Positions 16,935 to 25,168 of a stretch of 29,840 nucleotides of DNA are shown here, piece after piece (position 1 is the stretch's first letter; the number at the start of each line of letters is the position of its first letter). The notes beneath the pieces are model-generated. The model did no database searches, had not been told where the DNA came from, and saw nothing but the letters and a program-made list of their open reading frames with translations. Location: IMG/VR virus record IMGVR_UViG_3300012038_000032, positions 1 through 29,840 of that record. One strand, 5' to 3'. The position numbers were made by a program, and so were the translations under genes. The stretch is from a virus (Duplodnaviria > Caudoviricetes).

Positions 16935-17370
16935 AGTAAAAATCTGCGATCTTTCGTAATTCGTCAAGGGTAGCGTCACGTTTTAAGGAATTTGCCCTAA
17001 AACTGACCACTATAGTGTTTTCTTTAGTATACCCTTTTGAATTATCGATACGATCAAGTGATGGAGAGTTTGGATCAAACCGTCCAATAGAAGCGATGAG
17101 AGGTATTCCTAAAACAGGGCATGTATCTGGTATTTTTATCTCCTTATAATTTAAATCAAATTCAATTCCTTTCTTTTTAGCTCTACTTCTTGCAGAGTGA
17201 GCCAATTGCCACTCAGGATGACTTCTTACCCATTCAACCCCTCTTTTAACATATTTCTGCGGATCTTTCTTATACCGCTTTCTAGCATAACAACTTAAGC
17301 ACAGTCCCTTACTATAATAAGGCTTGTTTGGATGACAATCTGATTTTCGGTTTTTTGGTTTTCTAATCAT
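16909..17370 (-). CDS. HNH-type homing endonuclease
   Basis: ARSRAKKKGIEFDL...IPDTCPVLGIPL...SPSLDRIDNSKGYTKENTIVVSFRANSLK signature; N-terminal KGLCLSCY; AT-rich. Confidence 0.9.
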   Translation of the reverse strand: MIRKPKNRKSDCHPNKPYYSKGLCLSCYARKRYKKDPQKYVKRGVEWVRSHPEWQLAHSARSRAKKKGIEFDLNYKEIKIPDTCPVLGIPLIASIGRFDPNSPSLDRIDNSKGYTKENTIVVSFRANSLKRDATLDELRKIADFYSTLTVSSN

Positions 17371-17379
17371 ATAAGCTCA

Positions 17380-17408
17380 AGTATATCATAAAATATTGTT
17401 TTAATCAA
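17380..17408 (-). promoter_or_regulatory. sigma70-like promoter for the HNH gene
   Basis: TTGATT-17 nt-TATACT with an extended TG, 9 nt before the ATG; bracketed by the inverted repeat TCAAGTATA/TATACTTGA. Confidence 0.6.
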
Positions 17409-17425
17409 CTATACTTGACTTTATA

Positions 17426-17460
17426 GGGGACCGTCAGGTTTACGAATTCCTGTAACGTGG
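17426..17460 (-). repeat. hairpin motif copy B (upstream of HNH)
   Basis: Minus strand CCACGTTACAGGAATTCGTAAACCTGACGGTCCCC. Confidence 0.6.
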
Positions 17461-17642
17461 GAAGGTATATGATAGGTTGGGATTGAGTGGTTTTTGCTTT
17501 TGAGTGATTGTGGCAATTACACGCGTATTAGGTATATTATTGCATGTAATTGTAATTCTCTTGCTACGGAAGGCTAGACGCCTTTAGGGGCGTCGTCGCC
17601 TGTCCTTCGCGTATGAGCGATTGCTGAACCATGTAAGTAGGC

Positions 17643-17978
17643 CTATTGGAGGGTCTTAGGGAGTTCTTGCAGGGTCTTCTTCCAGTCCCCAATCTCCCGT
17701 TTCTGGGCAGAGGTGAGTTCTGTCACCTCCCTGACCCGGTGTTGGATCAGAAGGATGTTCTTACGGAAGACGGTGATGTCTTCAGCTGGGAGACGGGATT
17801 CTCCGTCTTGGGAGGGCTTGGATGAGAGGTGGATGACGATGGCGTCCTCGTGGGTGTTCCACTCTACCACATCTCCTGCCTCCTTGTCAAGGGTGAGGGG
17901 CATGACGAGACCGTTTGAGAAGGTGAAGTCGAGGTCGTCTAAGACTTTGACTTTTGGGTCGGATTCGGTGATGTACAT
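17643..17978 (-). CDS. hypothetical protein
   Basis: 111-aa ORF with a TAGGAG RBS, in the late operon. Confidence 0.7.
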   Translation of the reverse strand: MYITESDPKVKVLDDLDFTFSNGLVMPLTLDKEAGDVVEWNTHEDAIVIHLSSKPSQDGESRLPAEDITVFRKNILLIQHRVREVTELTSAQKREIGDWKKTLQELPKTLQ

Positions 17979-18008
17979 ACTAACTCTTGTCTCCTAATAT
18001 ACTAGACT

Positions 18009-18371
18009 TCATGGCTTATATTCCTCGTATCTGATCATGTATTTGAGTTCCTTGGAGGGGCGAAAGTAGGGAGAGAGGCCCCAAGGATTATAGTGAAGGG
18101 AGTGGGTGTCGAAGATACCAAAACCGGGTATTTTGACTTGTTCCCCCCTTTTAAGGCCAGCTATGATCGTGGAGAAGACGGCTCGCACAATCTTCTTGCC
18201 GGTACGGGTTGGAATTCCAAGGGTTCGGTTGAGTTCTTGAACGATGTTGTTACGTGAAAACCTCTTCCCCCTCACACGTGGGATTAATTGAAGATAATGT
18301 GTGTTGCAGAGGTTCTTGGCTGACATGGGACTTGAGCAATTGGGGAACAAACACCTATTTTTTATATCCAT
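18009..18371 (-). CDS. HU/IHF-like DNA-binding protein with N-terminal CCCH Zn motif
   Basis: HU core KKIVRAVFSTIIAGLKRGEQVKIPGFGIF...PYFRPSKELK; N-terminus CLFPNC...KNLCNTHY. Confidence 0.75.
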   Translation of the reverse strand: MDIKNRCLFPNCSSPMSAKNLCNTHYLQLIPRVRGKRFSRNNIVQELNRTLGIPTRTGKKIVRAVFSTIIAGLKRGEQVKIPGFGIFDTHSLHYNPWGLSPYFRPSKELKYMIRYEEYKP

Positions 18372-18643
18372 CTTGTCGTATGTTTAGATTTGTCAGAACC
18401 TCTATCTGGAACATGTTCTACGACGTTTGTGACGCCCCGTCTCTTAGCCTCTTTAATCATCTCTGATTTAGAGTAGTATTTACGAGGGGTACCGTCTTCG
18501 TTACAGATGCCATGACGGACAATGTAGCCTCCGGGGATGTCGTCCCCGATGACTGAGGAGGCTTGATGGGGATGGGGACAGAAGGGGAAGTCCCCAATCT
18601 CTAGGACCTGATTGCACTTAGGACATGTAATTGAATCGCCCAT
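18362..18643 (-). CDS. small Zn-ribbon protein (FmdB-like, portal-adjacent)
   Basis: CPKC...CPHPH and GTPRKYYSKSEMIKEAKRRGV motifs. Confidence 0.65.
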   Translation of the reverse strand: MGDSITCPKCNQVLEIGDFPFCPHPHQASSVIGDDIPGGYIVRHGICNEDGTPRKYYSKSEMIKEAKRRGVTNVVEHVPDRGSDKSKHTTRWI

Positions 18644-18645
18644 GA

Positions 18646-20877
18646 TTACTGAACCTCCCCTCCATCCTCAGCTCTCTGACTGACGTGTGGCATCAGGCCG
18701 TAGTCTGGATTGGCTCCACCTATGGGTGGTGGGGGTGGGGCTGGGGGTTGGGCGACGATGTCCTGAGGAGGAGTAGGGGGCATATTGGGGTCCTGAGGCA
18801 TCGAGGGGTCTTGTGCGGGAGCAACTGGGACGGGTTGGAGAGTGATTTGCATCCCTTCGAGGACAGGGGCTTGAGGTTCAGACTGGGAGGCTTCGACCAC
18901 GGAGGTTGAGCCGTCTGAGTTGACCTCGGTCATTGGAGGGGGTGGGGGTGGAGCCGGGATGACCACCATGGTGATGTGTTGCTTGGCCTGTTCGATGAGT
19001 TCAGGCTCGGGAGCTTGACCTGACTTGAGGAGGAAGGCGTAGACGAGGGGGTTCATGAGATCCTCTGCGCCTGTAATCCTGAGACTAATGTTGGGCTTGA
19101 CTGGGGGTTCTGGTTGTGGGGGACGGATGACTGAGGCCGGGTCAAGGCCTGAGAGCTGAGCTATCTCATTAAAGACAGGTTCGAGGTTGACCCACCCTGA
19201 CTTGGCTCCGAAGTTGACAAAGTTGATCAATCTCTCTAACCTCTGGTTGGAATCAAGGAGGACTGAGGAGTCTGCGGTGATTGAATAGCCGAGGGTTTTA
19301 CAGATGGCTGGGTCGAACCCTTCACCGAAAGCAGCTGGGTCTTCGTAGAGGACGAGGAGACCTCCAAGGATTTCGGCTATGGTGCAGAAGAACTTACCAA
19401 CCTTGGCACGTTCCCTACCGATTCGGGTCTGGAAGTTTGATTCGATGAGGTCGCCTTCACCTTTCGTTTCTACATCATTTCCTGAGCCAAGTTGGTTCGC
19501 GCCTATTGACCATGCTTCTGTGAGATCTTGCTTGATGATGTTGTCGAAGAGGAAGTTTTCCTGAGGCATGGACGACTTCGAGACTTCTCCGAGGACTTTG
19601 TCACCTGCACCTTGGACAGGGATCATGGCTGACCATGTGCCTCTTATGAGGGAGTGTTGGATGGTTGGATCGACTCTGTTGACGTCAAACCAACGGATAG
19701 GGATGTTGTGATCTCTGTGGGTGATAATTTGACCTCTAGACTTGTTTAACTCGTCAATCTGTGGACGACCAATGGCGGAGTCTGAGGGTGGGATGGTGTC
19801 GTCTGTGATGTAGGAGAGGGTGAGGACGCGGATAGGGAGTTTGGTGCAGCCGAGAATACTGTCTTCTTCGAGTCGCTGACCCTTCCATTGCTCGTCAATG
19901 ACGGGGTCGTCCTTACCGTCGATGAAGAGCAGGTGATGGATGGTTGAGAAGGATTTAGCTGTGGAGTCGTATTTGTACTCTTGATAGAAGATTTCGTCAA
20001 AGTTAATCTTCTCGTTCGGGACGTTACGCTCACTCTCTGAGTCATAGGAGAGTTTGTCCATGACTGTACGAGAGTCGCCGACGAGTTTGTCCTTTTCGTC
20101 TTCGGACAATTTGTAGAGATTGACGGCTTGTGCCCATTCGAGTTTGCCGGAGCGTCCAAGCCATGCTGCGTTGTCAAAGTCTGAGCCTGTGAAGTCTGTG
20201 TCCCAGAGGAGGTCTGAGGGGGAGATTCTGGTTATGAGGTAGCGTTTGTCCCTGACGATTGGGACCGTGGTCATCTCTATGGGTTCACCGTTGATTGTGT
20301 TGGAGGTTTGAAATTCCTCTTGGAATTCTGGTGGGACTGTAGATGGGTCCATGAGGGGGACTTCCTTGTCTTCAGTGATGGCTTCATAGGAGACGAGGAC
20401 CGCGCCTATGCCGGAGGCGTTGATGACGTCTGGGAGGACTTCATCCATGGCTGATTCGATACCAGCAACGCGGAGGGCGTCGTTGACTCGTTGTTCGAAT
20501 CTGACAATCCATGGGCCGAGTTCGAGGGTTTCTGGTGGATGATTGAGCCTAATCTGGGGGACCTGACTGAAGAGAGTGGCGTGCTTTGTTTTGGTAAGGG
20601 ACCAGTCTAGATTGACCGCGATTCTATCTTCGTCCGCTTGGGAGGCGAAGGGTTTGCCACGACGATAGTCGATGTTGACAGACCATGAGGCGATGAGTTT
20701 ACGTCTATATTGTTTGCAGGTCTCAATTCTGGACTTGAACTGTTGCCACCTCTTCTTGGTCTCAGGGAGGACTGTTTCATCCTTTGGTGGGACGGGTTGG
20801 TTTTGCAACTCAGTGTTTGTCTGAGTGGTTTGAGTCATGTCCATGAGGGGGTCTTCTGCAGAGATTGAATGTGCCAT
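18646..20877 (-). CDS. portal protein
   Basis: 743 aa immediately after TerL; ITRISPSDLLWD, GRPQIDELNKSRGQI, Pro-rich C-terminal tail as in P22-like portals. Confidence 0.85.
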   Translation of the reverse strand: MAHSISAEDPLMDMTQTTQTNTELQNQPVPPKDETVLPETKKRWQQFKSRIETCKQYRRKLIASWSVNIDYRRGKPFASQADEDRIAVNLDWSLTKTKHATLFSQVPQIRLNHPPETLELGPWIVRFEQRVNDALRVAGIESAMDEVLPDVINASGIGAVLVSYEAITEDKEVPLMDPSTVPPEFQEEFQTSNTINGEPIEMTTVPIVRDKRYLITRISPSDLLWDTDFTGSDFDNAAWLGRSGKLEWAQAVNLYKLSEDEKDKLVGDSRTVMDKLSYDSESERNVPNEKINFDEIFYQEYKYDSTAKSFSTIHHLLFIDGKDDPVIDEQWKGQRLEEDSILGCTKLPIRVLTLSYITDDTIPPSDSAIGRPQIDELNKSRGQIITHRDHNIPIRWFDVNRVDPTIQHSLIRGTWSAMIPVQGAGDKVLGEVSKSSMPQENFLFDNIIKQDLTEAWSIGANQLGSGNDVETKGEGDLIESNFQTRIGRERAKVGKFFCTIAEILGGLLVLYEDPAAFGEGFDPAICKTLGYSITADSSVLLDSNQRLERLINFVNFGAKSGWVNLEPVFNEIAQLSGLDPASVIRPPQPEPPVKPNISLRITGAEDLMNPLVYAFLLKSGQAPEPELIEQAKQHITMVVIPAPPPPPPMTEVNSDGSTSVVEASQSEPQAPVLEGMQITLQPVPVAPAQDPSMPQDPNMPPTPPQDIVAQPPAPPPPPIGGANPDYGLMPHVSQRAEDGGEVQ

Positions 20878-22436
20878 TAGTGTCTAAGTCCTCTTACATT
20901 GTTGTGGCCTAGGAAGGTCATAGGGTTGAGTTTGTCTTTCATCCACTTCCTGATTCTTTTGGGACCAAGGAGTTCTTTATGTTCCATGGCACCCGTCGAG
21001 ATGAGGAAGTAGGCCACTGAGACGGTGGGGTGATCGTCTGGGTGGTCGGCGAGGCGGAGTGGGTGATCCTCATCGTAGCGTTGGAGAGGGAGGGTTTTGG
21101 AGAGATAGGGACACCCTATGAATCTACCTTGGACGTAGATTTGAAGTCTGGGAACGGCATGATAGTTATTGTTGGGCTCGGCTTCTTCTGCGACCTCTGC
21201 GAGGGCTGAGTGAATGGAGGCTGCGAAATGTTCCCTGTTATTGACGGAACATTCCATGGAGATTCCGTGGAGTTCAAAGGTGTCTTTCATCGTGCGGACG
21301 TCGGCTCCGGTCTTGATGTCGATGGTGGGATCGCAGAAGGTTGTGACGACCCTCTTAATTCCTAAGTCCTCATCTATCCTTTTAATCTCCTCGGCGATGT
21401 CAGAGACAATGGTTTTGTACCAGAACTTCTCATGGAAAGCTATGTAGCGGTGGCCTAGGTGGGCTATCCAGACACAGTACGCGGGGTCGGGGAAGTATCC
21501 CATGTCGAAGGCTCTGTAGATTTGGGCATTCTTGACGAGGGATGGGATGTCTAATTGGTCTATGTAGTGGTAGGGGTATTTGTTACCTGAGCTGTCTAGT
21601 TTGTATGGTTGGACGTCGAAGAGGGCGTTTTCTAGGCCAAACTCTCCTTCAATCCATGCCTTACGGACATGGGCTGCCATACCTTTACCAGCAAGTTGAT
21701 CGAGGTACTGCTGCTTGTCTATGTGAGGATTATCTTCTATATTGGCTTTGATACTGTACCATTTAGTCTTATCATATCTCTCATCCTCATCTGGTTCTAT
21801 ATCCTTTAAAACCCAGTACCGATTAATTGTTTCTGCTGACGCACCTAGAGGATTTGTAGCACCTCTAATCATAGCAGTCAGGCCAGATTCCTCTGAAACT
21901 CGGCATGAGGCTGAAAGTTTCGTGAACATGTCCCAACCGAAGGTGGAGATCTCATCAAAGAACATGAGGTGAAATTCGGCTGAGAGGAGATCGTATACGT
22001 CCTGATCAGTAGAACAATGTCTATAGAAGCCTACAGAACCATTATGATAACGGGCTATGTGGGCACCATTATGGTATTTACCACCCAGTTTGTACATCTC
22101 TTTAGGCACATCTAAGATATGGCTCGCTTCTAGTTCTGGGTAGGTTCTACGGAGGATACAGTATTTGAAGCCGGGATAGGCGAGGGCACGCATATGAGCG
22201 TCCCATCGACCACCTTTTGACTTACCTGAGCCTCGACCACCAAAAATGAGAACATGGGGCTCCGTCCGAGCATGGTATTCAGCCTGTTTCTCGGTCGGGC
22301 AGTAGAGGACTTCACCATTTACGATGATGGCTTGTCGTCCGCAGATTGTGCAGATGGGGATGGCAGGGGGGAAGTAGTGCTTGCCGGTGGGAGAGTTGGG
22401 GCACTCTTGAGACTGGGTTGAGACTGGGTCTGACAT
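20877..22436 (-). CDS. terL: terminase large subunit
   Basis: Walker A GGRGSGKS, ILRRTYPEL, Walker B LMFFDE, ATNP motif, DNPH, nuclease RAFDMGY and FCDP. Confidence 0.95.
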   Translation of the reverse strand: MSDPVSTQSQECPNSPTGKHYFPPAIPICTICGRQAIIVNGEVLYCPTEKQAEYHARTEPHVLIFGGRGSGKSKGGRWDAHMRALAYPGFKYCILRRTYPELEASHILDVPKEMYKLGGKYHNGAHIARYHNGSVGFYRHCSTDQDVYDLLSAEFHLMFFDEISTFGWDMFTKLSASCRVSEESGLTAMIRGATNPLGASAETINRYWVLKDIEPDEDERYDKTKWYSIKANIEDNPHIDKQQYLDQLAGKGMAAHVRKAWIEGEFGLENALFDVQPYKLDSSGNKYPYHYIDQLDIPSLVKNAQIYRAFDMGYFPDPAYCVWIAHLGHRYIAFHEKFWYKTIVSDIAEEIKRIDEDLGIKRVVTTFCDPTIDIKTGADVRTMKDTFELHGISMECSVNNREHFAASIHSALAEVAEEAEPNNNYHAVPRLQIYVQGRFIGCPYLSKTLPLQRYDEDHPLRLADHPDDHPTVSVAYFLISTGAMEHKELLGPKRIRKWMKDKLNPMTFLGHNNVRGLRH

Positions 22437-22789
22437 GATTCCTCTATAACGTCGGGGAGAACGTCAATAACGGTTGTGGCCGGGGGGAGGGATTGAATGG
22501 GAGGCATCCCGCCGAGTTGGATGCTCATCTGGATTTGAGGACCCTTAGGACCCATGTCGGCTTTGAGCTTGGAGTCGATGGAGGAGTCGATCATTGTGAT
22601 CCCCTCTTCATCAGGCATGTGCTCACCGAGCCATTTGAGGGCGTCTATAGCGGCTTCGTGGTCTCCGGTGTCCATCGCTTGTCGAGCCACTTTGAACATC
22701 ATTTCCTGAACCTCTAAGGCTCGCTCTTTGAGGGCTTCCCGAGCTTCACGGACTTTAGGGAAATGGATTCTCTTGGGGATCTCGGACAT
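22319..22789 (-). CDS. putative terminase small subunit
   Basis: Helical 156-aa ORF directly upstream of TerL; AAIDALKWLGE motif. Confidence 0.6.
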   Translation of the reverse strand: MSEIPKRIHFPKVREAREALKERALEVQEMMFKVARQAMDTGDHEAAIDALKWLGEHMPDEEGITMIDSSIDSKLKADMGPKGPQIQMSIQLGGMPPIQSLPPATTVIDVLPDVIEESCQTQSQPSLKSAPTLPPASTTSPLPSPSAQSADDKPSS

Positions 22790-22944
22790 TAGGTGGGGTT
22801 ATTTCTTAGAATCTAAGTGGGTGAGGTTGGGTTTTTTGGGACCTGAGGAGTGAGGATTGGGGTGGGGTTTGAGGCGGTCTAAAATTGTATGAAAAATGAC
22901 TAAAACTGACATAAAACCGTGTAGTTGATTGGGGAGGTTTGGAG

Positions 22945-23037
22945 TCAGGTTTTGGACAGTTTGGACCTGATCCACCTGACGGGGTCGGGTTGGGCGATGC
23001 AGTAGGCGAAGAGAAGGAGTACGATGACTTCTAACAT
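22945..23037 (-). CDS. small hydrophobic peptide
   Basis: Read by hand: MLEVIVLLLFAYCIAQPDPVRWIRSKLSKT (30 aa), just downstream of a putative promoter. Confidence 0.35.
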   Translation of the reverse strand: MLEVIVLLLFAYCIAQPDPVRWIRSKLSKT

Positions 23038-23052
23038 AGGTTATGGGGGGTA

Positions 23053-23081
23053 AGTATACTCCATGTTGTGGGTTTTGTCGA
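23053..23081 (-). promoter_or_regulatory. putative promoter at the head of the late operon
   Basis: TCGACA-17 nt-TATACT on the minus strand. Confidence 0.5.
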
Positions 23082-23230
23082 GTCACTAGATGTTGTGGTC
23101 CTGATAGTATGTTCGGTATGTAAGCTAGGGGAACCTTAGGGGAGGTAAAAGCTTATAGGTCAATAAGTTACCGAGTTTGTACCTTTTTAAAATACTTATT
23201 GTCGTGTATAGGAGTCCCCCCGCCCCCGAC

Positions 23231-23300
23231 AGTACTCGATGGTACTCGACATGACACGAGCCGACACTGGCGCACTCTAGGGTACTCGATGGTACTCGAT
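23231..23300. repeat. four 10-bp repeats RGTACTCGAY in two tandem pairs
   Basis: agtactcgat ggtactcgac (23231-23250) and ggtactcgat ggtactcgat (23281-23300). Confidence 0.85.
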
Positions 23301-23567
23301 AGGACATAGGGTGACAGAGCCGCAAGTCCAATCGTGTCAATGGGTTACGGGCACATAATAGCATGGTGTCTATCGGTCAAAGGCGCTGAGCGGTATCGGT
23401 CGGTCGGAGCGGAAACCCCACGTCAGGCGAGCGCGTCGAGCGGGTTTTGACCGTCGCGCCGTCGAGCGGTCGCATAGCGGGATTTGACAACCCGTCCCGA
23501 CCTGTGCAAGCATTCCGTCGTTCGGCATTCCGCCGACAAGGGCTTAGGCCCGATTGGAGTGTGTAAC

Positions 23568-23969
23568 ATGGCAGACAAGATCAACAGGGTTTCGGCGTGC
23601 TTCGGTGTTCCCGTCTTCACCGCTGTCGCAAAACCCGCTCGCGCTGCGAAGAAAACAGGTGAGCTGTTCCGACAGCTTGCTACCGTGGTCGTTCCCTTCA
23701 AGGGAATCGACGCCAAGATCGTCGCGGGTTTCCGCGGCGAGATCGTCGCGCGTCAGCCCAAAGGCGTCGCAAAGGCTCACGCGGAGTTTCGGCCCATGAA
23801 CTCGTATTACCTCGACTGCATCGACATTCCGACGGCGAGCGCCGCCGAGTGGGAATCGTTCAAAGGCGAAGTCATGGATCGATATCTCGCATGGAGCAAG
23901 GAAACCGGCAACACTCCACAGGCTATCAGCGTGACCGGTGTCGAACTCGATATGTCACTCTCTAACTAG
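23568..23969 (+). CDS. hypothetical early protein in GC-rich island
   Basis: GGAG RBS then ATG 23568 (MADKINRV...), 133 aa, followed by a terminator. Confidence 0.75.
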   Translation: MADKINRVSACFGVPVFTAVAKPARAAKKTGELFRQLATVVVPFKGIDAKIVAGFRGEIVARQPKGVAKAHAEFRPMNSYYLDCIDIPTASAAEWESFKGEVMDRYLAWSKETGNTPQAISVTGVELDMSLSN

Positions 23970-23984
23970 ACGTTCCCAACGTCG

Positions 23985-24019
23985 ACCCGGTAGACTAATC
24001 ATCTACCGGGGTTTTTTTT
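23985..24019 (+). terminator. Rho-independent terminator
   Basis: CCCGGTAGA-ctaatca-TCTACCGGG followed by G and T8. Confidence 0.9.
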
Positions 24020-24050
24020 GCCTACCCGAACCGTTCAGGTTCGATTCTAA

Positions 24051-24258
24051 GCCCCTCAAAACCCCTGCCCTTGTCTTCCCCCTTGCCCCTCGGTCGGTCG
24101 GCCCCTGCTGACCCCTGCTGGCCCCTCGGTCGGCCCCTTGGCGGGTCGGTCGGACCCCTCGATTCGGAGGGGTTGACAGCCGGACCCCTTCGGCCCCACA
24201 ATCGGCCCCTCGGCAAGGTCCGGTCGGTCGGACCCCTTCGCGGTCGGTCGGTCGGTCA
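24051..24258. repeat. GC-rich array of (CGGT)n and CGG[A]CCCC units
   Basis: (CGGT)n tracts at ~24091, 24127, 24145, 24221 and 24241, most followed by CGG(A)CCCC; lone CGG(A)CCCC at 24181, 24191 and 24203; hairpin ACCCCTC-GATTCG-GAGGGGT. Confidence 0.8.
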
Positions 24259-24318
24259 GGGTTTGCGCGTCCGGGTAGCGCGGTGAAAACCCATCTTACG
24301 CCGTAGGTATATCTAATC

Positions 24319-24918
24319 ATGAAACAATCCGAAGTCAATCGACTCCGCCGAACTAGCAGGGGCGGCAAGTCTATTGATGGATTGTCTATTGAGGCGGCCC
24401 GTAGGATAGAGTTTAGAAAGTCTCTTATAAAAGAGTCTAGATCATTGGATATTCACAATTCTACAGACCATGAGATTTCTGTAGGATTTGGATATGTATC
24501 TAATGAATTATCAGATTGTTATGAGACAGTCGAAGATCATATCGTTCCTAGACAGTCTCTTACAGATAAACAAAACCTTAGAAACAATGTCAGACCTTTG
24601 ATGGGAGTCGTTGTTAAGGGTTGTCTTGTCATTATGAAAGATGGTAAGACAGTCAACACCTTAGACAAGGTTAATCCCGGTAAGGATGTCAGAATTACTC
24701 TGATGTCTGATAAAACCCTTCTCAATAAGGGTAATCCTTTCCAAGATAAATCACACTTCAAACTAAAACGTAAACCCTCCAGAGGTAAAGGCTTTCAGTA
24801 TCCTGATAAGGTTAGGGACGTTCCTGTTGATCCTATCAGACCAGAGATAAGCCTAGACCTAGACAACGACGGTAAGAATACTTCCTACCATCCTCCCTTC
24901 ACACGTAAGAAAACCTGA
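24319..24918 (+). CDS. hypothetical basic protein
   Basis: 199-aa ORF; first gene of the AT-richer early region. Confidence 0.65.
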   Translation: MKQSEVNRLRRTSRGGKSIDGLSIEAARRIEFRKSLIKESRSLDIHNSTDHEISVGFGYVSNELSDCYETVEDHIVPRQSLTDKQNLRNNVRPLMGVVVKGCLVIMKDGKTVNTLDKVNPGKDVRITLMSDKTLLNKGNPFQDKSHFKLKRKPSRGKGFQYPDKVRDVPVDPIRPEISLDLDNDGKNTSYHPPFTRKKT

Positions 24919-25049
24919 AAGTTTTACAGACTATCTAAGCTTTAAGTCTACCGGACACTAACAATGAATGGGTCTAGGAACGCTAATCATGCGATAGCCT
25001 TGACTTATCCAGTTACCGGAGCAGGTTTAGTTAGTCTGTAAAGCTTTCA
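24916..25049 (+). ncRNA. candidate structured RNA closed by a ~27-bp stem
   Basis: TGAAAGTTTTACAGACTATCTAAGCTT pairs with AGGTTTAGTTAGTCTGTAAAGCTTTCA (3 G-U, 1 mismatch). Inner pairs TAAGTC/GACTTA and GCTA/TAGC. Confidence 0.5.
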
Positions 25050-25069
25050 TGATTTATTGAGGTGAAGAT

Positions 25070-25168
25070 ATGATGTATTGGACTGGTCGATACTGTCTAC
25101 GTTGTGGACTGAAGATCTACAGACTTATCAACCTTGAGTTCTCTTGTGGTTGCACGAGGTCAAAATGA
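25070..25168 (+). CDS. 32-aa Cys4 micro-protein
   Basis: GAGGTG RBS; MMYWTGRYCLRCGLKIYRLINLEFSCGCTRSK; paralogue at 26060. Confidence 0.7.
   Translation: MMYWTGRYCLRCGLKIYRLINLEFSCGCTRSK

Noticed and set aside
14821-17370. Group I intron or intein hosting the HNH or GIY-YIG genes
   Set aside because: Scaffold and capsid ORFs look complete with their own starts and stops, and no intron core was recognised. The nucleases appear free-standing.
22799-23364. ORFs 22799-23086 and 23125-23364
   Set aside because: They have no RBS, implausible composition, and overlap promoter and repeat elements.
24051-24258. CRISPR array or coding ORFs (24003-24368, 24022-24216, 24071-24286)
   Set aside because: There is no constant repeat with unique spacers, and the ORFs are low-complexity translations of GC-rich repeats.
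24916-25049. Retron msr-msd or DGR template
   Set aside because: No reverse transcriptase lies in the window and no TR/VR pair was seen.
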